Shown here one piece after another: positions 19,128-28,118 of a stretch of 64,000 nt of DNA (positions are counted from its first letter, which is position 1; each line of letters opens with the position of its first letter). Made by a program: the position numbers and the translations under genes. The DNA lies in assembly GCA_029259185.1 (NCBI GenBank), contig JAPDJF010000001.1, forward strand, positions 9,156 through 73,155, in the 5' to 3' direction. Below the pieces are notes generated by a model, which saw only the letters and a program-made list of their open reading frames with translations, did not search any database and had not been told where the DNA came from. Origin of the DNA: Hadesarchaea archaeon (GTDB lineage: Archaea > Hadarchaeota > Hadarchaeia > Hadarchaeales > WYZ-LMO6).

Positions 19128-19457
19128 TTGAAGAAAGCGTATACGGTTTCCAAAATCTTGCGCTCCGGAGTCCTTGGACTCCTCAGCGAGAAATCGGTTG
19201 GTCTGAGTTCAATACTGCTCTACGGTAGCGCTGCTAAGGGTGAAGACGACCGAGAAAGCGATTACGACTTTTTGGTAATCGCCGCAAGATGTACCGCGAA
19301 AAGTAGTGAGCTCTTGAGGCTCCTAGGAAGAGAGGTCACCCTGCAGGTCTTCGACGCAGCGGGCTGGAAGCGAGTAGCAAAACGAAATCGAGCATTCTAC
19401 CTAGACGTTATAAGCAGCTCCATTGTCCTTTATGGTGAAAAGCCGGTGATCGATTGA
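19128..19457 (+). pseudogene. 3-prime (nucleotidyltransferase) half of the IS-disrupted HTH-MNT gene
   Basis: LLYGSAAKGEDDRESDYDFLVIA is the minimal-nucleotidyltransferase motif GSx9-13Dx[DE]. It is homologous to the C-half of the 57559-58119 paralog (IAVYGSYASGTNDEKSAIKLLVIS). It starts 23 nt after the IS right end. Confidence 0.55.
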
Positions 19458-19467
19458 CGCTTAGGGA

Positions 19468-19668
19468 TTGTTTCGCGCTGACAAAGTGGCGGATGCTTAC
19501 ATCTGCAAGGTAACATCCGTAGGTCAAATAACCTTACCAAAAGAAATTAGAAAGGAGCTAAACATCAAAGGAGACGATTTCGTTATTTTGGAGAAAATCG
19601 GGAAAACATATTTTCTCAGAAAGGTCGGGATCGAGAAAGACATTTTGAAAAAATTAGGGCACGAGTGA
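19468..19668 (+). CDS. AbrB/SpoVT (swapped-hairpin) domain protein, likely a VapB/MazE-like antitoxin
   Basis: The 66-aa sequence contains VTSVGQITLPKEIRKELNIKGDDFVILEK, which is the looped-hinge helix pattern. Confidence 0.5.
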   Translation: MFRADKVADAYICKVTSVGQITLPKEIRKELNIKGDDFVILEKIGKTYFLRKVGIEKDILKKLGHE

Positions 19669-19743
19669 AGAAGAGTGCCATAACGGGGAACAAATTGTTT
19701 AAGATCTTCGAGAATATTTCCGAAGACGTGTGGAGAAAAACTT

Positions 19744-19947
19744 ATGAAAGTGTTCGTTGACGCGAACACTATTGTAAGTTTGGTGACATGTGGTGGGACT
19801 TTTTTCTCAATCCGAAACTCAACCACTTTTTTGCCTGTGGGAGAAAGGAGAAATGATGTCCAAGAAGAGGAGATGTGGGATAATCGCGGTTGGAAACGAA
19901 ATCTTGCAAGGCTATGTTCGAGACTCGAATTCCTTTTGGCTTGCTAG
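19744..19947 (+). pseudogene. PIN-domain (VapC-like) toxin remnant. Only the N-terminal 14 aa are recognisable
   Basis: MKVFVDANTIVSLV is the canonical PIN N-terminal strand with the first acidic residue. The sequence then diverges and is overlapped by the cinA-like start. Confidence 0.3.
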
Positions 19948-20644
19948 GAGACTCAACAATTTAGGGTTCGATGTGGAGAGAATTTTCGTTGTCGGAGACG
20001 TGATAAACGATATAGTCGATGTCTTGGATTCAGCTTTGAGGCTAGGACTGGATTTGATATTCGTTTGTGGAGGAGTGGGCGGAACCCCGGATGATAGGAC
20101 TGTGACCGCAGTGGCACAGGCCTTGGGTCTCGAGTTGGTAAGAGACGAAACCGTCTTAGGGGAGATCCAGAAAAAAATAGAGCTTTTAAAGAAGAAGAAT
20201 TTCGAGATAGAACTATCCAAGTGGATTCTGAAAATGGCGTATATCCCTAAAGGAAGCATTCCGTTGAAAAACAGCCTAGGTTTTGCTCCTGGAATAATGA
20301 TCGAGCTTCAGGGAACGAAGATCTTCGTTCTCCCGGGAGTGCCTGTTGAGATGAAGACGGTTTTCGCTGAGGAAGTTGAGCCTAAACTAGGTTTCGGTGA
20401 GAGAAGGGTGATGCGGGAAGTCAAATTAGATTCTGAAGAAACTAAATTCAGTGGGATCGTGGAAAGATTGGAGAAAAAGCATGAAGGCGTGACCATAGGC
20501 ATGTATCCTCACTTCGGAAAAATGCAGGTGATAATTAGGATCATCGGAGACGAACGGGAAGTAAAAAATGTGGAAAGGGAGATAATCGAGAAAGCGAAAA
20601 GGCTTGGGGTAGGTTTTTCTTCGGTGACCGATGATTTCGAGTGA
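19853..20644 (+). CDS. CinA-like / MoCF-biosynthesis (molybdopterin-binding) domain protein
   Basis: GIIAVGNEILQGYVRDSNSFWLARRL...FVCGGVGGTPDDRT follows the MoaB/CinA-N fold pattern (GGTG motif). An RBS GGAG lies 8 nt upstream of the ATG at 19853. Confidence 0.6.
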   Translation: MMSKKRRCGIIAVGNEILQGYVRDSNSFWLARRLNNLGFDVERIFVVGDVINDIVDVLDSALRLGLDLIFVCGGVGGTPDDRTVTAVAQALGLELVRDETVLGEIQKKIELLKKKNFEIELSKWILKMAYIPKGSIPLKNSLGFAPGIMIELQGTKIFVLPGVPVEMKTVFAEEVEPKLGFGERRVMREVKLDSEETKFSGIVERLEKKHEGVTIGMYPHFGKMQVIIRIIGDEREVKNVEREIIEKAKRLGVGFSSVTDDFE

Positions 20645-20828
20645 ACTACCCCTCCTCACGGAAGGAGCTTCTCCGACCGTGCCTTCGCAGCTTGGGGAAC
20701 TCCAGCACGGAACCCCTTTACGGAGACCTCTGTCCCAGAGGCGTCCCCGACAAAGAAATATCACCAAAAGTGTGTATATGAATTGCGGGCTCTCATCCCC
20801 TCCCTTTCGAACTTCCCGTCCGCATCGG

Positions 20829-21641
20829 TTAAAAGGCGGGTTCACACTCGACTTCAAAAGCTTCGCAAATGGATTCGATGTTCGTGCAGATTTTCTTCCA
20901 GTACCCCGAACCACTTGCTAGGAGGGCTGGGATCTGTTCTTTCATTCCGGGGTATTCTCGATCCAAGAAGGATCCAAGCCGGTGCAAGACCCACCTTCTC
21001 AAGTTCAGCTTGTCATATATGAGATAGCTATTCGTACTTTTAGCCACTTCAACGATTTGCTTGAAGTTTTCTTGGCTGTCGTTTACTCCGGGAATGATTG
21101 GTCCGAGGAAGAGCCAGGTTCTCACCCCTGAGGAAGAGAATTCTTCAAGGATGCGAGCTCTAGCTTCGGGTGGGGAGGCATTTGGTTCCAGCTTCTCGGC
21201 TAACTTCCGGTTCATGGTTGTTATGGTCACTCCGACCTCGAATCCATCAGGTTTGATCACATCCATATCGCGTAGGATCAGGCTGGACTTGGTCTGGATG
21301 CATACTGACAAGTTCCTAAACGACAGCAGTTCGATGCATTTGCGCGTGAGTTCGAATTTAGCCTCGGCCGGCTGGTATGGGTCACATGTAGTACCTAAGC
21401 CGACGACTCCGGCCGGTCTTCTCCTTAGTTCGGTCTCCAGTACTTCAGCGATGTTTTGTTTCACCTTAACGAGTTTCCCCCAGTTCAATCCCATCCATTC
21501 GTCGCGTAGGGTAGATGGGGAATAACAATACAGACAAGCATGTTCGCATCCGATGTACGGGTTGAGAGCATAACGTAGCCCTGGGAGCCTGCTCGGGGAG
21601 AGGGCTGACCTACACTTTATTATCGATATTTCTGCTCTCAT
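20829..21641 (-). CDS. Radical SAM protein, spore-photoproduct-lyase / DNA-repair-photolyase-like (COG1533)
   Basis: CX3CX2C cluster CEHACLYC is present. Length and pattern fit (...LGTTCDPYQP...). Its start ATG overlaps the stop of the upstream Nre-like gene as ATGA. Confidence 0.6.
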   Translation of the reverse strand: MRAEISIIKCRSALSPSRLPGLRYALNPYIGCEHACLYCYSPSTLRDEWMGLNWGKLVKVKQNIAEVLETELRRRPAGVVGLGTTCDPYQPAEAKFELTRKCIELLSFRNLSVCIQTKSSLILRDMDVIKPDGFEVGVTITTMNRKLAEKLEPNASPPEARARILEEFSSSGVRTWLFLGPIIPGVNDSQENFKQIVEVAKSTNSYLIYDKLNLRRWVLHRLGSFLDREYPGMKEQIPALLASGSGYWKKICTNIESICEAFEVECEPAF

Positions 21642-22954
21642 GAGAACTCCGTGATCTTCTTCTGGAAGAACGCATTCCTCAGGAGGGCACTGTTTTCGAC
21701 CCACTTCGACACGGGAACGGTCAATTTCTCGCTGATGTGTTTCATGACTTGTTGAAGGGAATCGAAAACATGTGGTTTGTTCCTAAGCGCTACTCGCACA
21801 CATTCCCGCGTGAACCATACCCCAACCGGAAGCACATAGCCAGGATGAATTTCTCTCAAAGCCAACACGGATGCTTGTTTTCTTTCTCGGTTGAGTTTCT
21901 CAGCTACCGCTAGTCTGCACGCGTAGTAACATCCCCCGATATCAGGATAGGTTTTCCTTCCTTGATAAGGTTCCCAATCCCCCATGATCGCTGGGTTCTC
22001 TGCGGTTGGGGGATTCCATGTGGTTCCTGGAAACCAAGATTCGATCCACTCAAAGCTCCACCGTTCCGGCATCATGATAATCACAAACACGTTGTCCATT
22101 TGTTTCAAGTGATAAACTCTGTATTCGTTGATCGTCTCCCATTGTTTTATTCGTTCGATAAGTTTGGATGAGACGATCGAGTCTACAGCGGTGATACTCC
22201 ACCTCGTCGGCACGAGTTTTCTGTTATGGCCCAGTCCGAAAATCCCTAGACTAAATGCCCGCTGGATTCGTGTGATGGTTACTCCCTCCTCATAGAGCTT
22301 TACGACGGCATCGTCTGCCCTCAGGTCTCGGTCGTAGAAGAGCTTCTCTATCCTTTTATCGACCTTGATGTCGGAGAGCTTTAGTTGGCGCATGGGGGCT
22401 GAGGGGCCGAATGGGGGAGTTTCGTGGCTTAGGGTCAGCACCGCCTTTGGTATTTTTGCCAGCAGGACTTCGGCATCGATCGGATGTTTTCCCATCGCCA
22501 CTTCTTGTAAACTTTCCACCATCCTGTTTCCAGCACGTATTGCCCGGACATCGGTACACACACTCCCGCGAATCAGTGCGGATCGGTAATCCACTATTGC
22601 TTGGAGCGGCTTCCCTAACCAAAGTTCTGGTGTATCGAGGATCTCCGTGTTTCCCTTGTATGGAGGTACCATTGGCCCTACGAATACCTTGGGATATCCT
22701 ATTCGTCCTACGAATACGGCAGGGGGAGTTGAACCTTCGATACGCGGAGAGTCGATTTGAACGGTAGCCTTTAGCAAAGACCTCGCTCTCAGGAGGATGG
22801 GGCACCTCAGCTTTCCACACAACATTTTTGCCCCCCTACACAGAAGGCAAATGGTCTCTCTTGTCCCTGAGACCCTGAGGTTGTTCGTGGATAGTTCCCT
22901 AGCGATCCGGAGGGGGAGGATTTCTCTCAGCCAATGAATGTCTTCGGTCACCAT
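21638..22954 (-). CDS. Nre-family protein (archaeal NreA-like putative DNA-repair factor, COG1602)
   Basis: Length 438 aa. N-terminal C4 zinc finger CLLCRGAKMLCGKLRCP. C-terminus ends ...LLRNAFFQKKITEFS, a PIP-like FF motif. The family call is made from length and architecture. Confidence 0.45.
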   Translation of the reverse strand: MVTEDIHWLREILPLRIARELSTNNLRVSGTRETICLLCRGAKMLCGKLRCPILLRARSLLKATVQIDSPRIEGSTPPAVFVGRIGYPKVFVGPMVPPYKGNTEILDTPELWLGKPLQAIVDYRSALIRGSVCTDVRAIRAGNRMVESLQEVAMGKHPIDAEVLLAKIPKAVLTLSHETPPFGPSAPMRQLKLSDIKVDKRIEKLFYDRDLRADDAVVKLYEEGVTITRIQRAFSLGIFGLGHNRKLVPTRWSITAVDSIVSSKLIERIKQWETINEYRVYHLKQMDNVFVIIMMPERWSFEWIESWFPGTTWNPPTAENPAIMGDWEPYQGRKTYPDIGGCYYACRLAVAEKLNRERKQASVLALREIHPGYVLPVGVWFTRECVRVALRNKPHVFDSLQQVMKHISEKLTVPVSKWVENSALLRNAFFQKKITEFS

Positions 22955-22991
22955 TCTAATTGTTTGGGATTTCGAGATTTAGAGGTTAGAT

Positions 22992-23669
22992 TCAGAGACG
23001 ACTAAGGGCTATGCACCTTATTATGTCACTAACATCTTCACAGTAGTCAGCCACATTTTCCATGTTGTCGGTGATCTCCTTCAGCAAGAGGGAGGAACCT
23101 ATATCTCTGTTCTTCCTATACCATTCGAGGAGTTGGGGCATCAATTTTTCAGCTCGGAGGTCGTCTATCTCTTCTTCGAGTTTTTCCACTTGGTGGGATA
23201 TGGCCACGGCAGAAGTTGGGTTTTTGCTCAGGACGAGAAAGTTCTTATATGTAGTCTTTGAAATCTCCACCAATCGATTCGAAAAAGTACACAGCGTCTT
23301 ACGCAGTTTCTGGGGAAGACTCTTGGGGTCTATGAAGGTCAATTTTCTCGCCACGGCTTTGGCGTTGGAGGCCACATCGTCGGCAGTCATGACGAGTCTA
23401 ACTATCTCATCCCTGTTTATGGGGTGAAAGATACCTTTCGCTAGATCTTCTAATATCTTCCTCTTTATTTCGTCAGCTTCCCTTTCTCTTTTGAAAGTAC
23501 CGGAAAAGCCGTTTATGGTCTTCTTCTTGTTCAGATTGCATACCCCTTGAACGGCTTTGTCCATCTCAATTACGGTCTCCATTATCTTCTTCATGTGAAT
23601 GTCACAACTCTTCAGAACCTCTTTCTCCCTTCCCTTCGCAACCCAGAAAAGAGGACCCGCGTGTCTCAT
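22992..23669 (-). CDS. DUF47 / PhoU-like Pit accessory protein
   Basis: It is helical and about 225 aa. It lies immediately downstream of the PiT permease gene on the same strand. The start is chosen at the Met abutting the pit stop codon. Confidence 0.55.
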   Translation of the reverse strand: MRHAGPLFWVAKGREKEVLKSCDIHMKKIMETVIEMDKAVQGVCNLNKKKTINGFSGTFKREREADEIKRKILEDLAKGIFHPINRDEIVRLVMTADDVASNAKAVARKLTFIDPKSLPQKLRKTLCTFSNRLVEISKTTYKNFLVLSKNPTSAVAISHQVEKLEEEIDDLRAEKLMPQLLEWYRKNRDIGSSLLLKEITDNMENVADYCEDVSDIIRCIALSRL

Positions 23670-24874
23670 GCTATCCCCAATCCATGTCCCAATAACACGA
23701 AAAGCACGATGCTTAATAAGGCTACGCATGGGATGGTCAAGATCCAGAACAACAAAATCTTTAGCGTAGTTGGCTTGTGGAGGGCGCCCATCCCCCCCCT
23801 CGCCAAACCCACCCCTATTATGGTCCCTATGCTGCTATGGGTGGTAGAAACGGGTATGCCGAACCCCATTAAGAAGGTGGGAACCACGGTGAATAAAAAG
23901 ACGGTGAGGGCATTCGAAAACTCAGCTACCATCCCCATCAAGGGATCAAGTCTTGTCACCCTGTAAGCGCATGTGGAGATGACCCTGTATCCCCAAGTGA
24001 GACCTCCTATAAGTATGCCCGTGGCTCCCAGAATGCTGAGAAGAAACATGGTGAGAAGTGTTGGTTCTCCTATCAGTCGCTGGGTAGGAGTGACGAAAAC
24101 TCCGGTTGCGTTCGCCATGTCGTTGGCACCGAAGGAGAGGGCAGAGAAACAGAGGGAAACTATGAGAAGGGAAGAAAGGACGAACTCGTTCTTGAAGGTT
24201 TTGTACTTCTTCCACATCGATGTGATAAGGATGGAGGGGGGGAGAAAAGAGATGGTCAGGCTACCGACCACTGCAGATAGCTTATCCCACTCGAGGAGTT
24301 TGTAGAGGACGGAGACTGAGGTGATGAAACTCAGGAAATAGGTGACGAAGTAAACTAAGATAACGTTTCCATGCTTTCTCTCCCTGCTGAAGTAGTTCCT
24401 CGCTGGACGGAAAAGACCGAACGAAAGCAGAATGGAGAGAAGGGGGGAGAGGAGGAGACTGAGGATCACGGTGAAGAGAACTCCATGGTTTATCAATCCG
24501 GGCGAGATGAGCAGACCGAAGCCTAGGACACCTCCTATCACCGAGTGGGTGGTGGACACGGGCATTCCCTTCCAGCTCGAGAAGGTGACCCAAAGGCATG
24601 CAGCGAGAGAGGCAACGAAGCTTCCCAAGATGAGTTTTTGTGTCTCGAGTTCTTCCCTCGCTATCAGTCCCCTATCGATGGTTTTCATGACGAAGGGACC
24701 GAGTATTATCCCTCCGGTGGCGGTGAAAATCGCAAAAAGGATAAAGGCTTTCTTCAAGGAGAGTACTCCAGATCCGACCGCACAATCGGTAGGATTGGCG
24801 GCATCGTTGGCCCCCATGTTCCATGCGTAGTAGAAAGCGAGAGCGATTCCAAGGGCGTATACGACCTCTAGCAT
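23666..24874 (-). CDS. pit: Inorganic phosphate transporter, PiT family
   Basis: The PiT signature GANDAAN is present near the N-terminus and the protein is polytopic. Length 402 aa. Confidence 0.85.
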   Translation of the reverse strand: MLEVVYALGIALAFYYAWNMGANDAANPTDCAVGSGVLSLKKAFILFAIFTATGGIILGPFVMKTIDRGLIAREELETQKLILGSFVASLAACLWVTFSSWKGMPVSTTHSVIGGVLGFGLLISPGLINHGVLFTVILSLLLSPLLSILLSFGLFRPARNYFSRERKHGNVILVYFVTYFLSFITSVSVLYKLLEWDKLSAVVGSLTISFLPPSILITSMWKKYKTFKNEFVLSSLLIVSLCFSALSFGANDMANATGVFVTPTQRLIGEPTLLTMFLLSILGATGILIGGLTWGYRVISTCAYRVTRLDPLMGMVAEFSNALTVFLFTVVPTFLMGFGIPVSTTHSSIGTIIGVGLARGGMGALHKPTTLKILLFWILTIPCVALLSIVLFVLLGHGLGIA

Positions 24875-24957
24875 TTTCCCCCTATAGAGGAGGGATTTAT
24901 ATAGTTTACTGAAAGGGAGACATATAGAGTTTAAATATAGAAAAATAATCTATATAG

Positions 24958-25989
24958 ATGGAGAGCGAGCGAAGGAAAGTTCAATTGACGGGCAAATCTA
25001 CCTACATAATCTCCATCCCGAAGAAGTGGGCCGTGGAGATGGGGATAAAGGAAGGCGATGAGCTTGTAATAGAAAAGCAAGATGGGTTATTACGTATCTC
25101 CCCAAAAGCGGTGAAAAGGGCCAACAAAACGGGGGAGGTTACCCTAAAGCTCTCCGCTACCGAGGATCCCCATGCGGGGGCTAGAAAGGTCGTCTCTCTG
25201 TACTTGGTGGGTTATAACGTGATACGACTTCAAGCGGAGGAGGAGAGGATATCCGCTCCCCAGAGGGAAACGATAAAACAATTCGTGAGGACGAAGCTCG
25301 TTGGGATGGAAATAACGACCGACTTACCGAACGAGATGGTTCTCCAAGTCCTCATGAGCTATCCCGAACTATCCGTCAAAGATGCTTTAAAGCGAATGTG
25401 TTTGATAGCCACATCGATGAAGAGGGATGCGATCAGCGCGTTGGAGAACTTCGATGAGACCCTCGCCAGAGACGTGATTGGGAGGGACGACGAGGTCGAC
25501 AGGTTCGGTATGTACGTGATCAGACAGCTGAAGTCAGCGGTTCAGGAGCAGAGTTTAATAAAGGAGATAGGATTGGAGACACCCCGCGATTGTCTCGGGT
25601 ACCGGCTCATCGCCAAGATAATCGAGAGGGTCTCCGATCATGTTGTCTTGATAGCCCAAAACATTCTCCAGATGAAGGGCAGGGTTGGACGTTTCCTCGT
25701 AAAGAAAATAAAAGAGATGGATTCCTTCGTTTCCGAGATATTCGAGGATGCGGTGAAATCGTTGTTTGAGGGGGATTACGAAATGGCAGAGAAAGTGATA
25801 GAGAGAGGAAGGGCATTGGTCGAGGTCGAGGAAGGTGTGGTTCGAGAAGTGCTTCGGAGGGCCTCACGGGAGCACCTGATAGCCCTGAGATTGATAATAG
25901 AGAGTCTAAGGAGGATAGGGGAATACGGGAGTGACATAGCAGAGATAGTGCTGAACCTGAATGCCACCAAAATGGTGGAAGGACGGTAG
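24958..25989 (+). CDS. Phosphate-uptake regulator, PhoU-like with an N-terminal AbrB-type domain
   Basis: N-terminus VQLTGKSTYIISIPKKWAVEMGIKEGDELVIEKQDGLLRISP is a swapped-hairpin domain. The rest is a helical PhoU-like repeat region. It is divergent from pit. Confidence 0.55.
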   Translation: MESERRKVQLTGKSTYIISIPKKWAVEMGIKEGDELVIEKQDGLLRISPKAVKRANKTGEVTLKLSATEDPHAGARKVVSLYLVGYNVIRLQAEEERISAPQRETIKQFVRTKLVGMEITTDLPNEMVLQVLMSYPELSVKDALKRMCLIATSMKRDAISALENFDETLARDVIGRDDEVDRFGMYVIRQLKSAVQEQSLIKEIGLETPRDCLGYRLIAKIIERVSDHVVLIAQNILQMKGRVGRFLVKKIKEMDSFVSEIFEDAVKSLFEGDYEMAEKVIERGRALVEVEEGVVREVLRRASREHLIALRLIIESLRRIGEYGSDIAEIVLNLNATKMVEGR

Positions 25990-26030
25990 ACGGTGGTAGG
26001 ACGGAGATTTACGATTTCGAAGAGAATCGC

Positions 26031-27002
26031 GTGAGGGAGTTCCTCCGGAAGTATCGAGCCGAACTCGCCGCCATCCAATTACCTCCGGGGCTGAGGAGGT
26101 GGACTGCTAAGATCGGAAAAGTTTTCGAAGAGGAAGGAGTAGAATTCGTGATTCTCGGGAAGAGTTGTTACGGAGCCTGTGATCTCGCGGATAAAGAGGC
26201 GAAGCAGGTCGGTGCCGATGTGCTCGTACACTACGGACATGCGGACATGGGGCTCCCTGCCTCTTTGCCTGTTTTGTTTGTTGAGGCTAGGATGCTCGTG
26301 AACGTTACCGAAAAGCTCGAGCAGGGTTTTGAAGAGATCGACTCGAGGAGGGTGGGGGTAGTCACTACGGTTCAACATGTTGGTGAATTGCAGAAGGTTC
26401 GGGAATTACTGACTTCTCGGGGAATAGAAGTGGCGATCGGGAAACCCGGGTTCAGGGCGAGATATCCTGGGCAGGTCCTCGGGTGTGATATGGGCTCGGC
26501 AACCTCTGTGATGGGAGAGGTGGACGAGTTTCTCTACCTAGGTACGGGAAGGTTCCATCCCCTAGGAGTGGCTTTGGTCACCGGAAAGGAAGTTTTGACG
26601 ATAAATCCCATAACTGGAAATTTTGAAAGGTGGTCGAGGGAAACGGAAAGCTTTTTGAAGAAGAGGAGAGCTCTCGTAGCCCGAGCAGCGTGTTGCAGGA
26701 GATTTGGGGTCGTGACGAGCACAAAGATAGGGCAGGCTCGGTTCAAGCTTGCAAGACATTTGGTGGAGAAGTTGACGAAGGCGGGAAAGGATGTACAGAT
26801 GATATTGGTGGATGAAGTCACGCCTGAAACGCTCGGAGATTTCGGGTTAGACGCTGTGGTGTGCGCCGCCTGTCCCAGAATTCCGATAGATGATGCTGAG
26901 CGGTTTGAGATCCCTCTTCTGACTCCTTTTGAATTGTCGCTCGTGCTTGGTGAGAGGTGGGAGGGCTACAGGTTGGATGTGGTAAAGGCAATTGATTTTT
27001 AA
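26031..27002 (+). CDS. dph2: Diphthamide synthesis enzyme Dph2 (2-(3-amino-3-carboxypropyl)histidine synthase)
   Basis: Length 323 aa. The three-domain pattern with conserved Cys residues (ILGKSCYGACD..., GCDMGSAT..., VVCAACPRI) is typical of archaeal Dph2. Confidence 0.8.
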   Translation: MREFLRKYRAELAAIQLPPGLRRWTAKIGKVFEEEGVEFVILGKSCYGACDLADKEAKQVGADVLVHYGHADMGLPASLPVLFVEARMLVNVTEKLEQGFEEIDSRRVGVVTTVQHVGELQKVRELLTSRGIEVAIGKPGFRARYPGQVLGCDMGSATSVMGEVDEFLYLGTGRFHPLGVALVTGKEVLTINPITGNFERWSRETESFLKKRRALVARAACCRRFGVVTSTKIGQARFKLARHLVEKLTKAGKDVQMILVDEVTPETLGDFGLDAVVCAACPRIPIDDAERFEIPLLTPFELSLVLGERWEGYRLDVVKAIDF

Positions 27003-27037
27003 TAGTTGGATCCAAGTTAAATGGTGGTTTTCTGGAA

Positions 27038-27625
27038 GTGATAAAAACTGGAACTTTCGTAGTGCCTGGCGTCTTCCTCTCTACGGTAGAGGAGTTCATG
27101 CCTGGAGAAGGTGCGTACGAGGAGAATGGGAAAGTCTACTCTTCGTGTGCGGGTTTGGTGTTGGTGGATCTCCGAACTCGGAGGATCTCGGTATTTCCTG
27201 CGGCGGCACCGCCAATCCTGAAGCGTGGGGATACCATCATAGGTGAAGTGGAAGAAGTTACTCCTCAGAGGGCAGACGTGTCCATCGAGATTCTCCACGG
27301 ACATGAAGGGAGGGAGTTGCCTCCTCCGAGGGTCGGAACGATCCATGTCTCTCACACGAGCAAGAGCTATGTGAGGGACGCGACGAAAAAGTTTAGGGTT
27401 GGGGACGTGGTGCGGGCACGTGTACTCAATGTCGGGCGGGAACTCGTTCAGCTCTCTACCGAGGGCGAGGATCTGGGGGTTATCTTCACGAAGTGCTCCA
27501 GATGTAGTACCCCGCTAGAAGTGGAAAACCAGAGGACGGGAAAGCTGAAATGTCCGATATGTGAAAAGGTGGAATTCAGGAAGCTCGCTAGGGACTACCG
27601 CAAGGGGGTGCTGTGGGGGGAATGA
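27038..27625 (+). CDS. csl4: Exosome complex RNA-binding subunit Csl4
   Basis: N-terminal domain, S1-like core, and C-terminal zinc ribbon (CSRCSTPL...CPICEKV). Confidence 0.75.
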   Translation: MIKTGTFVVPGVFLSTVEEFMPGEGAYEENGKVYSSCAGLVLVDLRTRRISVFPAAAPPILKRGDTIIGEVEEVTPQRADVSIEILHGHEGRELPPPRVGTIHVSHTSKSYVRDATKKFRVGDVVRARVLNVGRELVQLSTEGEDLGVIFTKCSRCSTPLEVENQRTGKLKCPICEKVEFRKLARDYRKGVLWGE

Positions 27626-27831
27626 AAGGAAAAAAAGTTTTGAGTTTCAAGCTACCCAACTCCCAGAGTGCGGTAGAAGTTATGCGCCGGCTTGGTGAGC
27701 TGAGGGCGAATCTGGAGGCCGAGGCGAAGTTGAATCGGATAGTGTTAACGATCCATGGCCCCTCCTCTGAAATTAAAAAGGTGAGCAGAGAAGTAAGAGA
27801 GATCATCAAAGGCGTACACGGAGGGAGTTGA
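27613..27831 (+). CDS. Small hypothetical protein between csl4 and rpoL. A KEOPS Pcc1-like identity is possible but unverified
   Basis: 72-aa ORF in the conserved exosome/RNAP neighbourhood. No diagnostic motif was recognised. Confidence 0.3.
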   Translation: MGGMKGKKVLSFKLPNSQSAVEVMRRLGELRANLEAEAKLNRIVLTIHGPSSEIKKVSREVREIIKGVHGGS

Positions 27832-28113
27832 GTGAAAATCGAGGTAGTGGAAAGAGGGGAGAAAAGCATACGTGTGAGGATCATAGGTGAGGATCATACC
27901 TTTTGTAACATACTCAGGAAAATGATGTACGAAGATGACAATGTAGAGATGGCTCCCTACACCATAGAACATCCGATGTTGGGGCACCCAGAATTCTATG
28001 TGAAGGTCAGGAGGGGAAAACCCGAAGACGCGATGCTCAAGGCAGCTAAGCGCTTGATGGAGAGATGTGAGGAACTCCGCGAAAAACTCAAAAACAAACT
28101 GGAGACGCGGTAA
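27832..28113 (+). CDS. rpoL: DNA-directed RNA polymerase subunit L (Rpb11 homolog)
   Basis: MKIEVVERGEKSIRVRIIGEDHTFCNILRKMMYEDDNVEMAPYTIEHPMLGHPEFYVKV is the canonical RpoL sequence pattern. Confidence 0.8.
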   Translation: MKIEVVERGEKSIRVRIIGEDHTFCNILRKMMYEDDNVEMAPYTIEHPMLGHPEFYVKVRRGKPEDAMLKAAKRLMERCEELREKLKNKLETR

Positions 28114-28118
28114 TCCAA

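Noticed and set aside
27613-27831. Calling the 72-aa protein between csl4 and rpoL as KEOPS Pcc1
   Set aside because: Only genomic neighbourhood supports this, and I cannot recognise a Pcc1 signature by eye. It is left as hypothetical.
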